Below the pieces are notes generated by a model that was given only the letters and a program-made list of their open reading frames with translations, was not told the origin of the DNA and did not search any database. Position numbers and translations under genes: made by a program. A DNA stretch of 64,000 nt, taken from contig OX597816.1 in the NCBI GenBank assembly GCA_951406725.2, positions 32,178,001-32,242,000 on the forward strand, written 5' to 3'. This document shows positions 47,010-62,380 of this stretch, in pieces (the first letter of the stretch is position 1; each line of letters opens with the position of its first letter). Source of the DNA: Octopus vulgaris. Its lineage: Eukaryota.

Positions 47010-47172
47010 ATAGGCAAAGGCTGGTTTGTGTGGTAAGAATATTGATTCCCGTCAACATGATTCCGGGATTAATTCGAGTCGGGCAAATATGTTCTACTAT
47101 CACCGGGCGGACCTAAAACTTACTTGTGAAAGTATTTTGTAGACAGAAACTGAAAGAGGCTCGTCGAAAATA
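47010..47172 (+). mobile_element. SINE family 2 (5' part)
   Basis: tgtgtggtaag..gggcaaatatgttctactat..gacagaaactgaaagaggctcgtcg. Confidence 0.65.
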
Positions 47173-47177
47173 TGTGC

Positions 47178-47255
<78 letters not shown>

Positions 47256-47754
47256 AGATAGATAGATAGATAGATATATAGATAGATAGATAGATAAAGA
47301 TATATGTATATGTGTGTGTGTGTGAGAAAAGGTAATTCCTTTTATATATATAGTACTGTCGTAAAGACTGCACGTATCATATCTCTCTGTTCTAACTTTT
47401 CTCATGTCAAAGACGTTATTTCTTCACCGTACGCTATTTTACCCTCGTGCTGGTCTAACGAAACACCAGGTTTGGTTCCCGTCGTTTTCTTTGTATGTCT
47501 CCACTGTCCTGTTTTTGTTCCTACCTTTGACCTTCCATATTTTGGTACGTACGGGTGCAACTGTCTTCGAAGTCTCATATGGTCATCCAATGCTCGTATT
47601 GCTGAGTAGATATACAGCTGACAAGTGATGAAGTGTCATTCTTTAAGTTACTTGAGCTGTTTTCCATTTGTTTCTTCTTTTGTTTCCGTATTGAAGTCAT
47701 TTGCATTCGTATTTCCTGTTGTTTACTGCTGGTGGCGTCCTGTACGCACACATG

Positions 47755-47788
<34 letters not shown>

Positions 47789-47792
<4 letters not shown>

Positions 47793-47980
47793 TTCATGTA
47801 GGATAAATTTTTTTCTAAAAACACTTCACCAATGGCCAGCATATTAAAAAATGCATTTAAAGGTTAAATTTATAAACTACTTATAAATAAAGGCAAATTT
47901 TCTAATGCCAAATATGCCGAAATTAGACACTTTGTCCATAACCATTATTTTTTTTTTGTGAAAAATTATACTGGTTATGG

Positions 47981-48035
<55 letters not shown>

Positions 48036-48204
48036 CTGATAAATAAGGGCAAACAAAAAAAATTCTAATGACAAATATGCCGAAATTAGACACCTTGCCC
48101 ATAACCATTATTATTTTTTGTGAAAAATCATAATAGTTATGGACAATGTGTCTAATTCCGGCATATTTGGCATTAGGAATATTTTGTTTGCCCTTATTTA
48201 TAAG

Positions 48205-48206
<2 letters not shown>
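47789..48206. mobile_element. Two adjacent (TA)n-flanked elements of one family; the second is a palindrome
   Basis: 48033-48206 palindrome with ~75-bp arms; 47876-47984 is a direct copy; terminal hairpin at 47801-47832. Confidence 0.7.
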
Positions 48207-48272
<66 letters not shown>

Positions 48273-49149
48273 GTGTATGTATGTATGTATGTATGTATGT
48301 ATGTATGTACGCATATATATATATATATATGAGCTTACACATAGGTGGTGCGACATTTTATATGTTGACACTTCTTTCCGATGGTCTAATTGCTGTTTTA
48401 CCTTACTTCTCAGATAAATAATGATTGACAGAAGGTGACTTAACAAATGGTAAAACGCTGTGATATAGAGATAGCACGTTTCCTGGATGTTGCAGGAAAC
48501 TTCATTGTTCAAAATTTCCTGGAAGCTGCTGACGGAAACAAAGTTGGCATATAAACATGACGGACATGCACAGGGCCCTAATGAATTCGGAACGCATATC
48601 TCTGCAGCAGATGTCCGAGAAATAATCCAAACAAAACTGCGCATATTCTATCCGTGTCTTTCCAAATGAACTGAAGCTTTCCGAATGCCCTTTAAGAAGT
48701 TGTGCAACTACATATCCGGTAAAAGTCTTATTTGATTTGGAGCTGTCAGTGTATGCCGGATGAGAATCGTTGGATCCATGGAGAGAATTTGCTTAAGATG
48801 TTAACACACAAGAAGGCTGAAATGAAGTCCTCCGGTAAGAATAAATATTCTATCACAACCAAGTGGCACACACAAAGAAAGACGAATGGGATTAAAATGA
48901 TGCAGAAATTAAGTGCAAGAGGCATTCTTATTGAGTAGAAATACAATTACACTTAGAATACGCTGATTTGACATGGTCCCACAGCCGGACTCTTCGGAAC
49001 CCAGCCTGCAATTGATATGACAATTGCTTTTCAAAGGCACCAATGGATGAGGGCCCTGAATATTGAAGCACCTAAGCCCTTCTGTAGAAAGATGAATGGT
49101 TAGCGAGAAATAGAGAGACATAGCCATATTTTTAGATGTATGACGATTT

Positions 49150-51050
49150 ATGAACATATCTACCGACACATATGTATGGATTTACCGGGTGAGTAGGATT
49201 GTTTTGGTGTGGGGATCATTTGTATGGGTTTAGTGAAAAACCCATAGCTCATCAAATATTCTAATCTCAAGCACATAGTAAAGTGTTTCACATCCCAGTT
49301 TGTTGCAAAGATTGAAATATTGGTTCTCCCAAGAAAGTCCTCCCCGGTGAATATGCTGGAGAATACAAATATGGCTTGTGCAGGAGAATATATATCACGG
49401 AAAGGTATTCATCAGCTGTGGCAAACATGAGTGGTGGCAAGCATAAGTGGCTGATAAAATTGAGGTTGTTCGCACAGTAACGCGTTAACGTCTGCAATCG
49501 ATCCTCAGAAGAAGAGAGATTTGTAAGGAAGCCAAACTTGTTATCTTCAAATGGTTTGTTTTTTGTTTTGTCCCTACTTTCACCTATGTTCATTGATTTT
49601 TGGTAATGACAGGAAGTGCAGACACACACACACACACATACACACACACGAACGTACGCTTACATTCTCTCTCTCAATCTCTCACACACACATACACGCA
49701 GGCACACAGACACACATATGTATAGTGTATGTAGGTGTGTGAATGTTTGTATAGCCGAATATCTAAACATAGTGAGATCAATAAGCAGTTAGTGATCCAG
49801 ATGAAACACCTCAAGCTATTTGCAGTTAAAGATGAACAAAGGTAGCAAAAACGTCTTGAGATTGGTGTTAGAATACACGCAAACTGATTTCAATTGTTTT
49901 CGATAAGGATTGAACTGATTTAGTTATATAGGTGTTATTAATCGAGCAATCCTTAATCGATCACCTGAAAAGATAGAGACCAAATCACCGGTTAATTCGT
50001 TTGAACCATATCTGTATGTCACAACGTTAGAAGGTTCAATTTAAAGTACTAACTTTAAATCTTACATATTTCTGTTCGAATTTTATGTATAACCAATTTA
50101 CGATTTCTATATGAATATATTAATATATAATAAGAAGTTAAATAATATAGAAGTAGAAAATTTCACAAGTTTTTTCTGGAGATCAACATAGTCTAAATAA
50201 TAGGTTTTCAAAGTAGGTGCTACCTCCACCCACTGCTAGGAGCTGAAGCAGTCCATGTGGGTGCTGGTGCCTAAGGCTGCGTTTAGTGGCGAAAGAGAAA
50301 AAGGAGACGCTGGAGAAGGAAACAAGTGGATTATTAGTGTTGTGTACAAATGATAAAATATTATTTTAAATATCAAGTGATTTATAGTACATATAAATTA
50401 GTAAAGTATAACATAAAAACTTGGAGGCACATGGCCTAGTAGTTGGAGCAGGATCGTGAGTTCGAATCTCAGACCAGGTGATGTGTGTGTTTATGAGCGA
50501 AACACCTAAGCTCCACGCAGATCCGGCAGAAGGTAATGGCGAACTTCAGCTGACTCTTTCGCCACAACTTTCTCTCACTCTTTCCTCCTGTATCTTGCAG
50601 CTCACCTGCGACGGTGGGGAACCTATACGCCAAGGAATCTGTGAAACCGGCCCTATCGAGAAGGAACAAACAATACATAAAAAAATTGGTGGGGCGCTGA
50701 GTGTATTATGTGGCTATGGTGGGGTGGGGGTGGCCCAAGAAGTTTAAGAAGCTCTGTCGTTATAAAATAGTGAAAGGTGTGCGTAAACGAATGTTGATAC
50801 GCCTAGTAACATCAATAATTTTTTTGACAATCTCTGCGTTATCGATCAATAATGATTCATTGGTAAGCATATGATAATGACTTATGTTCGTACGACAATA
50901 ATCATGTTACTATGAATTTTAGTCTGTATCATTCCTCTTCATATAAAGAAGTGAGACACGCATTGAATTATTGATATACATAAAATACATACATTGTGAT
51001 ATGGAGGATACATTCGATGCGGTTTAAATATCAAAATTGAAAATGCTAAT
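49150..51050 (+). pseudogene. Decayed protocadherin relic N (EC4-EC6)
   Basis: GSFV 49213, ISC ~49411, SDPD 49791, PVNSF...VTTL..S 49988 (~SVNPF..ITTLRAS). Confidence 0.4.
50200..50756. mobile_element. hAT-like MITE with a SINE family 4 insertion (50421-50661, +)
   Basis: Ends ggttttcaaagtagg... / ...aagtttaagaagctctg resemble hAT TIRs; the SINE has A/B boxes. Confidence 0.5.
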
Positions 51051-51699
51051 TGAAATTTATACGAAGGATTTGGTTTAGCCTTCGTTCTCCTTAGGCAAGA
51101 TCCTTCTGTGAGTAACACATGACAAGCAATATTAATTTTTCAGTAAAAAGTTTGAAGAGGCGGCGGGCAATTACAAAACTGATTCCAGTTGTTACTGCGA
51201 CCAGTAGTAGTATCAGTAGTAGCTGCAGCAGCAGTAGTAGTAGGAGCAGCACCAGTAGTAGCAATAGCCATAGTGACAGCATTCTTGAGTTCACATTCAT
51301 GTACAAATTAAATAATTACCTTCGACCACGCAGAATATATATGAATATTATTTGACGCAAATTTCCTCTGGATACCTCATAAATTTCTCGACATCGGTTA
51401 GGAGAATCCGACATAGGTATACATGATATACATACAAAATCATTTAGACACGCGTAAATATACGCACAATAACACGAACACAATCACACACAGACACACA
51501 CATGCATACGTTTACACAAATATAATACAAACACGCACTGGGGCATATAAATATGTGTGCGCGTGAGTGTGTGTGAATATATTTATATATGTGTGCGTAT
51601 ATGATACCTTTGTGTATTCCTGTGTTATGTTTCCCTATTTCGTTTATATTCTAGAATTGATGATTTTTATTTGTTTTGCTGTTTAATTTCCCGCTGCCA

Positions 51700-52300
51700 A
51701 GTGGAATGAAATATTGTTTTGCAAATTAATTCTCAAAACAAACGGTATAAAATTATTTCTGCCCAATCATATGCATATTTTACACTCTCGGTAATTTTAT
51801 AAATTTATAAGTACTTCCCCTAACGTGAAATATTTCTTACGATTAAAGCTTATATATATTTGCTTGCAACAATATTTATTCACTGGAAACATTGAAAATT
51901 TACCCTTATAGCATAACACTTCATCTTCAATTGATTGATGAATCTAACCCTCAGAGATTAAAATCTTCACTATAATCTATTTTGTTTCTCCGATTCTCAA
52001 CTTATTCCTCATGTACAAAGATTATTGCTTTTCGGGGATTTTAACAGTAGAATTTGTTATCCTGGAGAATATCATAAAATCTAGCTGTCAGGAAGATGAG
52101 CTTAGTTTTCTTAGATAATCTTTAATCTTATACTTGTGTTCAACTTAGCAAATTTTATCTCCATGGTTATGTGCAGTAAAGAGTGTGTAACATATGATTT
52201 TTTTTTCTTAATCTGATAATGTTATCCTTCACAACGCAAAATGTAAATAAACGTGGTATCAATTTGGGGGAAATACTTAGGAAATGTTTTTGATTTTGTT
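51700..52300 (+). pseudogene. Decayed protocadherin relic O, first half (EC2-EC3)
   Basis: INSQ..Y 51725, FTLSV 51779, LIDESNP 51931, PGEY.KI ~52060, INVV ~52247. Confidence 0.5.
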
Positions 52301-53337
52301 TCTCATTGTGTAATCGAATAGAATTTAATAATAGGTTGAATAATATTGATGTAACATAATAAATGGTTACATAATAAAAAAAAAATAAACACAGGAAAAC
52401 AAACATACGTCTACACATACTTACAAACACACACACTCACAAACACATATATAGAAAGACAGATTCACACACACACATATATATATATATATGTACATAT
52501 GTTTAAAAAATATATATACTGAATACATATGTAGACAAAAATGTACATATATGTGTGCGTGTGTGTATGTGTATACATATATGAATAGAAATGTTGTAGG
52601 TATTTTGATAAATAGATCTTTCATTTAACTGAACAGCAGACGTTGTTCCTTTCGGCTTGCTACCACTCCTTAGCGATATTCTAGGTTTGAATTGAAATAT
52701 GTGATGAATTTTGAGAATTCTCTCTCCTGCGAAGTTATCGCATCAGTGCTATCTGTTGCATCACTGCTCAGAATCTTCAACTCTCCGGACCGATAATGTC
52801 GACTTAATTCAGAAATTGTTCTATTGCACCGATAAACAAACAAGCTGATAACATTTTTTCTTTCCAACCTTATATCAAATGGCATTGTACGTACGTATAG
52901 CAAACGGTATTGTACGTACTTCGAAATCTGGCATCCGTAAGTAAAAATACCACCAAACATATACCTTTCTTCGAAAATTAAGGTGAGACAAAACACGAGA
53001 AACACCTATTTCATGTGACTACTAACAAAGAAAATAATTATCGAGTTCCTTAGAAACCAAAATACCTCTTCTCTCCCGAGTTCTCCAGATTTAACTAAAC
53101 GTAGTTTAGAGATGCTACTTCAACGATTGCAGAATTTATGAGTTTATCAGGCATAAAGTGCCATTTCCATCACGTGTTATTCTTTCCCTGGATAGTTTCC
53201 AGAGGATTTTTCTTCAAAATATAAAAGGCAGGGCATTATCATTTACATCACTGCGTCTCACTGGACTACACACCACATAAACTCGTTTGGATTATGAGGT
53301 ATAAAATATTGCACTTGTCTTCGATAGTAATCCAGTG

Positions 53338-53842
53338 TTCTTCTCCTTCTTCTTCTTCTTCTTCTTCTTCTTCTTCTTCTTCTTCTTCTTCTTCTTCTTC
53401 TTCTTCTTCTTCTTCTTCTTCTTCTTCTTCTTCTTCTTCTTCTTCTTCTTCTCCTTCTTCTTCTCTTCTTCTTCTTCGTCATCCTCTTCCGCTTCCCCTT
53501 CTTCTTATTCTTCTTCTTCTTTCTCTTTCCTTCCTCATCTCCTTCCTCTTCTTCTTTTTCTTCTTTTTCTTCTTCTTTCTCTGTTTCTTCCACTTCGTCT
53601 TCTTCTTCCTGATTCCCTTCCTCTTCTTTTTTCTTCTTGTTCTTCTTCTTTCTCTGTTTCTTCCTCTTCGTCTTCTTCTTCCTGATTCCCTTCCTCTTCT
53701 TTTCTCGTCTTTTTCTTCTTCTTTCTCTGTTTTTCTTCCTCTTCGTCTTCTTCTTCCTCATCCCCTTCCTCTTGTTTGTTTCTTATTTTTCTTCTTCCTT
53801 CTCTTCTTCTTCTTCTTCTTCTTCTTCTTCTTCTTCTTCTTC
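53338..53842. repeat. (TTC)n/(GAA)n and degenerate polypyrimidine tract
   Basis: Read directly from the sequence. Confidence 0.95.
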
Positions 53843-53900
53843 TTGTGGTGGTATGGCAAACTCCAAAAAATTTAAGCCGTCTATCGTAAAAAAGGCGACG

Positions 53901-53963
<63 letters not shown>

Positions 53964-55169
53964 GTTGTTGTTGTTATTATTATTGTTGTTGTTGTTGCTG
54001 CTATTGGTGTTCCCGTCGCCGTTGCTATTGTTGTTGTTGTTGCTGCTGCTGCTGTTGTGTTGGTTTATTCATGTGTTATTTTATTATATTTTATTACATT
54101 TCAACCGAGCCGGCCAACATCAGGCAAGTAGAGAAATACAGAAAGACATTTTGGAAGACATCCCCCATACAGAATGTGGGAATGATTTTTTTTCTGTATC
54201 AAGGTCCTCTCCAACAGTTGGCGGAAAGCAATAAATGACGCGCTGTTGGAGGGACGAGCGTGTCCTGCATCCGACATATATCTCACAAAGAACAAGCATG
54301 TTTAGGATATCGATTGTTCTGTCTGGCGTGAACATCTAGTGGATCGAAGTCGGTCAGATATTAGAGGAGCCGGTGATATTCCTAGAATTTAAACGAAACA
54401 TGAGATTGAATTGTTTCAGAACAGATATAGAGAACATGCTTCACGTGCAGCCAGAAAACATACGAAAAATAAGGTTACTTATAGACCTATCAAATGCGGA
54501 AATAGGCAGATAACATAAATGCAACTGTTCTAAGGCCACAAGCCACTTACGACCTTTAACCCCAAACAAATAACAGCCCTACTTACTGACCGCAATACAT
54601 CCTCAACGACCGCAACACCACCAACACAACCACCACCACCAACAACAACAAAAACAGTAACAGCAACTACAACAAAAGCAGCAAAAGCATCATCAAAATT
54701 GTCACGAAAATTATCGTCACCTAGAATTCCAAAATCCAACATGAACAATGACACGAGTCGTTGCAAAACCAAGAACAGCGCCAGGTACGAGGGCTATCGA
54801 AACGACATTAAACCCAGTAAATCTAGTATCATCATCACTTCAATCAGCAACAAGAAGAACAATCCAAAGTATCACCCAACAGCTCTCTCTGTTCTCTGTT
54901 CTTAAACACATACTCATAGATACTCACACAAACACACTCTCACACTAGTCCACTCACATATGGAAAAATGAAGACGGAAAGGAACCACAAAGATTAAAAA
55001 CAAAAAAATACACAAAAATAAGAGAGACAAACGAATAGAACTAGCCTGATACAAAACGCACTAGAACCGAGATCGCTTACCCAGTGATCTCAGGCCAACA
55101 ACAATGGTTGTGGCTGCAGGCAGCAAAAATAGGATTTCTAGCATATAATATCTAGCAGGGCAAGGGCGA

Positions 55170-56500
55170 CGGTCAAACTTTTGAAGCAATAATTCGACAG
55201 GCTTTGATGCTCACATTGGTATATTTGATGTACGAGCATCTGGTATAACTTTTCCTAGTTTGCATGTATCCAGAAAGGAAAACTGGCTTTTGAATTTTGC
55301 ACGAAAATGATTAAGTTTCTTAGGTGGTATAAATGCTGCTTTCTCAATTTCCGGGAATGTACACATGGTATTTCAATTGACTTCTTGGATCTCTGTGACT
55401 GTTATGCTAAAATCTATGGCTTTACTTCCAACATAAAATTTATGTCTAGTTTTTCAAATACAGGCATGGCATTTTTGGTCACAGAACTTAAGTTCCCAGG
55501 AGACAGAATATTGAGAGAGTTATTTTTCAGGCCCACGCCATCCCACATTCACCTCCAACGCTAGTCCAATAATAAACATATAATTCGGTCAAATCCGAAA
55601 TCTCAATTTTCCATGATAAAACGGATTTCTACTGATACGGGGGATTACTGGAAACATGGAAATGCTTTCGTACGTGATTATGTCGAACACAATTACAGTG
55701 AAACACGACTCAAGGAAACAGCAAATGAGATTAGCAAAGAAAGTCAAACCTCCACGTATAATTTTAGCAAACACAAAGCAATATGTGACAGCATTCCTTT
55801 AGTGATTAACTGGCACAGGAATTTCGCTGGCATTTCAAAAGTATTGCATGCAAGTTACTAACATGTTGCCCGAAAAATATCTTCGTTTCAAACAGATATT
55901 TCCTCAGCCGCCTATTACAGCCTTTAGAATAAATAATATATAAGAGAACTATTGACTTCTATTTCCCACTCCAAGAAAACTAGCATTGGTGTATCTGCAC
56001 GCTGTACCTTGAAAAACAGCCGCAATATAAATAATCCCGGTTCATTGTGCAACCTCATGAGCCAACGTAAATTCCACCAGGATTCATAACAGAAATGTTA
56101 TGATTTATACAGATTATATAGATTTCTATTTGGTGTACACGATAGAATGCACGAAACACAACTCGATTTACGTGGGTTGTACAAGAGAACAATTACGCAA
56201 AACATTTAAGGCGAAAACGTAAGTGCATATTCTCAGAAAAATATTCTGAATCTCTCACACTTTCAACACTTAGAATGTATGAATAAAAATGTTTGCGCTC
56301 ATTAATATCGCACCTTGGAGGAATGAAGAAAGTGACAGAATTTCATCAAATTTATACAAAACTATGATTAAATATTCTACTTTTCTTGTCCACCCTTTTT
56401 TTCGTCTGTTTTTCTTTTCGCCAGGTATACATTTGGAATTTAAAGACTGATGATGTCATTTCATCAAAATGTGGACACTGGTTTCTCTCATTCATACTTT
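55170..56500 (+). mobile_element. Decayed Penelope-like element: RT C-terminal half, linker, GIY-YIG
   Basis: SNIKFMSSFS..MAFL.T..RPT.SH..L..KSQF..IKRI; IPLVINWH; LVYTIECTKHNSIYVGCT.EQL...F at 56130-56222; broken CUGAUGA motif at 56447. Confidence 0.8.
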
Positions 56501-56659
56501 AAATTTGAATTTCTATGATTTTAAATTTTTATAACTATGTATATTAAACTCATCAGAAACACGCTTCCTGTCGATATATCGTTGAACCAATCGGATCTAT
56601 TGCAATCGCATCGCACTCATCGTCTTCTCTATTATAAATATTATTATTATTATTATTAA

Positions 56660-56734
<75 letters not shown>

Positions 56735-56800
56735 CATTAGTGTCAAAATGAGAGAGATGCATATGTAAATTCAAACTGTAAACGGGTGTATGTATGTATG

Positions 56801-57443
<643 letters not shown>

Positions 57444-57506
57444 CATACACCCTCTTACAGTTTGAAATTTGCCCAACCGCTGTGTACACACACACACATA
57501 CATACA

Positions 57507-57542
<36 letters not shown>

Positions 57543-57559
57543 TACATACATACATGCAT

Positions 57560-57597
<38 letters not shown>

Positions 57598-58729
57598 ACG
57601 TATATATATATATATATGTATGTATGTATGTATATTTGCGTAGTTGAGAGATAGAAAACGAGAACTCGGAAATGTGTATAATTGGTTCAAACTATGTATA
57701 TATTTCAAGCATACACACAGAGTCTGATATCATCGAAACATGCCTCTTAGCTCTCAGCTCGTAAATTACACCTGACACCTTTACAGTTACTATTAAAAAG
57801 CCTAATCCCTTTTTTTTGCGTTCTAAACAACTAGTTTGCATCTTGTAAAGTAATGCTATAATCGCCCCACTTAATTTCGTTTAGTTTCTAAAAATATAAA
57901 ATATCTTTAAATATTACCGCATCGTTTAGCAGTTAGGAATGCTTTAATGAGCTCCTCTGTTAATATTTCCGTGTGATCACCACTAATCGATCAGCTAATA
58001 TTTTACTTGATTCCCAGAGAATAATAAAATTCTGCACACATGTTGTTCTGCCGGTTGTATACTGTAGACTAGTAGACGACGGAATAAAACGATATCGAGC
58101 TTTTGCATTGTCGATTATTTGAACGAATATTATAATTGTTCGGTGAATCAAGCAACATAAAATATTCTGCCAATATATTAAAAACATATTTTAATAATGA
58201 CAGTGAAATGTGTTATATGATTATTTTTGAGATGAACGGAATTAAAATTTTAATTAATTTTCTGAAAAAAGATCTATCAATTAAGCTAATAAAATTGTTA
58301 CTTTAAAGAAGGCAACATTCTTTGATCTGCCTAAACAGATTAAGTGATTATTATATCGAGACGACCTTACGCCGTCACATTTATTGACCTATAGCACGCT
58401 GTTCGACAGTGGTAGAAGTAATGCCTCACGTCTGCAATTACCTTGATGTTAGCTCGAATTTTAACAAAATCGCCTTATTGTATTTTTTTTTCGCAGCCGT
58501 TCTGACGTTTATATTAATTCTCCTGTTTATATTTATTTTTTAATCGTTTAGTCTGGAGGATGGGGCGGTGTCCAAGGCCTTTGATGGTCCTGTGAGACCA
58601 GTGAGATCGACGCAGTTAATGTTCTTCTTGAACAGCTGTAACCTGACAGCTGCAGTAAGTAACATAGGCAGGGCAGAATATTCTTCAAAATCATGAAATA
58701 ATTGAAACATTTTCCAAAATATATTGAAA

Positions 58730-59650
58730 TATGAATCAATATTTGCAAATTTAACAGATCGTTCACTAAAGAATCTCATATTTCTGAAGTGCCTTTTCGT
58801 TGAGGTCGCATTCAACCCTGAATTTCACTAATTCTGGTAACGGAAATGTCATACCAAACATGAAAACTTTATTGTATCGCTTAACGTGCGTGTGAGACAG
58901 CTAATATGTTTGTAAGTATCATTGCTAGTGAGACTACAGGTGTAGTTGCTTTGCACAATTTTGGGGCACTACTTTTTACTCGAGTTTCTTATTTACTAGA
59001 AGACGATATTTGAATAATATGTATAATGTATTGTCCGCGGTTGCAGACTTTTCACAACTTCACTGAGAGCATAACTAAATTTATATTTTACTCATACTTC
59101 CTGAAAAGCCTGTAAGCTTTATATTTAGCAATATGAGAATACATTTTAACACTATCATGGCGTCTTGTTGGAAATGCCTAACACATCTCGCTATGGTTTG
59201 TGCACGCATATTGTCAATGTTATTCTATAAGATCATTTATAAGCTTCTTTTTTACAGTGGTATCCTTAACATCAGATAGATATCATACTTTAAGATAATA
59301 GTTATGGTGGCATAGCTTCCAATTTGTACCTAATCAAGTGTCAAGAAGATAAACACGCTTTTGCTCTAGAGGCAGTTATTGCGCATTTGTTTTATGATAT
59401 CAGGTCTGTTATATCATAATACGTGTATACACAATTAGACTATACACCTATTCTAAGACTGTACGAGAATGGATGAAAATATGGAGCTACACATTATATT
59501 TTGTGGGGACATTATTGATGTTTCATCCTGGTCTAAACATGACGGGTTCGATTTTATCCTCTCACCTACTCCACTCTAATACTGATGAAGGTAATCAAAT
59601 ATTTTCGTCTCTTGATATAGGTGATACACAATGTGTAGCGATATTGTAAA
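58730..59650 (+). pseudogene. Decayed protocadherin relic O, second half (EC4-EC6)
   Basis: ISE 58780, NGNV 58839, HENF..SL, NFTESITKF..Y, PVSFI 59109 (~PVGFI), AHLFYDI 59381, YSKTV..SYTLYFV..P.L..T..SNT 59449-59583. Confidence 0.65.
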
Positions 59651-59899
59651 TGAAGATTTATTGAGAAAAAATTTCGCCCCCAGCTCTATTAATATGATTT
59701 AAAACTGCTTCAACCAAAGACAAAGTATGTTACTTATTGCGTCAGCCTAATGCAGATATGATCGTTCCTGCAACAGGAATCCTTTGCTCCGACTTATAGT
59801 GACTATTTTCATGAATTCACTAAGCTAGCTGCTTACATTATGTAAATATATCACTATATTTTTCTGAGATTCCAGTGCAATATATTTGCGTTGTGTTTA

Positions 59900-61405
59900 T
59901 TTAAGATAATAATAATGCATATAATTTATTATTCAAAGTGTAAGACAACAGATAAAGTTCAATTTCATGACCACAAACAAGAGTATTTCTAGCAGCACAG
60001 TTACTAAAGCATATTCGAATTTGAATGCATATCACAGTTTTAGCCCCATATCAAAGATTAGCAATTACTGCTTTGTCATGTCAGCACAGTGTCCTGTATT
60101 GGAGGTATTTTCTATATATAAAAAAAAGGCTCTTGAAAGGCTGAAAGATAAAAGTTGACATTTTATGTGAAACTATATATGTGGGAGAAAATATATATTT
60201 CCATAACAATAAGTTATGGAAGCCTTTTGATCTAATGCCAATGAATAAAATTTTTTTGTAAAAGAATGTCAAAAGAAATGCTGATGAATTCATTTGTTAT
60301 CACTGCATGATGTTCGCCCATTCATTCGATATTCTAAGCCATTCAGGAAAAAAAAAATTGAGTAAGAAAATATAACTAAATATAAGTTTCATTGGTAAAC
60401 CAACTTTGATCTCATCTTAGCAATCTCATTTCTATTGGAGAGCAGGTAAAATGCTTTATGTCTCTGCTTGGAATAATTATACACGCATATACATATATTT
60501 GGGGTATATATTTAGATATGTATATGAAAATGAAGGCATATATTGCGTCATTTTATATTTGTGTGTACATTTATGCAATAATATAAAAATGCTTCTCTTG
60601 CAGCATATGTGCGTGCATACATAATAGCGTTCTATAATAAATACATCATATTTAACATACCTGCATGTCCATATTCATTGAAAGATTAAATGGATCCTTG
60701 TAAATATAAATATATATGTGCTTGTATGTCTGATGTATCTGTATGTGGTGTACATATATATATGTATATATATATATATGGCAGGCATATGTTTATACGA
60801 ATCTATATGTGTCTCTATATATGCATATATACATATATACAGATATATATATGTGTGTGTGTGTGTGTGTGCGTGTGAGTGTATGTATGTATGTATATAC
60901 ATAGTCACACGTATGTATATACAGCCATGCATGTATGCGTTCAGCACTGCGGTGAAGGTCAACAATAGCACGCACGCCATCACTATCAGGTATTAAAAGT
61001 TGCTGCTCAATAAATCATTTAGACCTTAGAAATATTTCTTTACGTTAACTCGAATCTAACAGCGCATTAAAACTACTAATACATTTGAGTTAGCAAAGAT
61101 GATAACATATAAATAGGCTGAAAGCTGAATACTCCATTAATTGCTAGGCTCTGTTTAATATATGATCTTCTGTATAGCATGCGTAATGTTTATAGTGTGT
61201 GTTTTCAAAACATGTCGAAAGAATCAGCACATGAATGGCATTCATCTAGTGATATCTCTATAACAATTTGCAAATGGCATTGTCACAACTTATAATCTGA
61301 GTATTTGTGCCATAGTGTAACATTAGAATTATTCCATAGAGCATACGTGTGTGACGGTACGTCTCTATATGCACACATATTATGATATATCTCGACATAT
61401 ATATG

Positions 61406-61454
<49 letters not shown>

Positions 61455-61483
61455 GCTTGCACAGGCTATATAACCGCCTACAA

Positions 61484-61551
<68 letters not shown>

Positions 61552-61642
61552 TTATGTATATATATATATACATATACATATATATGTATATATATACATA
61601 TGTATATATATGGGTGTATATATATATATATGTATATCTATC

Positions 61643-61704
<62 letters not shown>

Positions 61705-62380
61705 TAGATACATACATGGGTAGTTAGATAGAGACATAGATAGATATTATATAAAAACGCATATATTCACATATACATATATGCTTATTCAAACATGCAC
61801 AGACACACACACACTATTTTTTTTAAATGCATACATTCATACAAATTGAGAGATCTTTAAGCTTTTTGGTGAGTTTTTTTACTTATTTAAGTATATTACA
61901 TGCATGGATTCCCGAAAGGTTGCAGTAAAATCTGGATATACTAGAACTTTCGAAGCATTTGGATAACCTTAATTTCAATTTATTCTTCTTTTTCATATAT
62001 TTTAGTGAACACCTGGTCATACATCCAAGTGATGTGTTGGAAACATCTCGCTTTATAAATATTTCAATGAAATGAATGGACATATATCATAGGAAACACA
62101 CATGCATCTAGTCTGCATATATTCACATACACGCCCACACGCCCACACGCACAAACGCTCAAACATGCTCAACATATAGTTTATTTATTTTAAATGACGT
62201 AGAGTCCTATCATAGTAGTAATTAAGCTGTGCCATTCTCCATGATCAAGTATTTCAAATCCATTAAGTATACTCACTTGGAATTGCTCCCTGTTGAATTC
62301 GCTTAAATATGACTTCTTTATTCCCTCTAAAATATCAATTCAAAAATTGTTGAACGATACGATAGGTACCAAACTTTAAA
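59900..62380 (+). pseudogene. Decayed protocadherin relic Q (EC2-EC6)
   Basis: HDHKQE 59966, TPSLSG 60974, DISITIC ~61251, VPFSM 62229, NSLKYD 62296. Confidence 0.45.

Larger units (their letters stand above)
44950..48990 (+). pseudogene. Decayed protocadherin relic M (EC1-EC6)
   Basis: ACKY..KVVIEDAED (ORF 44954; ~LCKY..KVIIEDIND), ASLSEDI (ORF 46377), V.PYFS ~48396, NKTAHI 48630, D..RE.A ~48773, NDA 48896 (~YQNDAG). Confidence 0.6.

Noticed and set aside
48430-48900. Apparent R4/Dong zinc knuckle (CSRC..HILS)
   Set aside because: Better explained as protocadherin EC5-EC6 (NKTAHI, RE.A, NDA)
48950-49570. Possible CR1-like LINE 3' end on minus
   Set aside because: Only vague similarity, and a competing cadherin reading on plus; left unresolved
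51091-51306. Leu-rich ORF as the transmembrane segment of relic P
   Set aside because: Mostly antisense of an (AGT/AGC)n repeat and separated from relic P by a + strand relic
53258-54234. Long poly-R/S/F/L/I ORFs
   Set aside because: Trinucleotide repeats without stop codons
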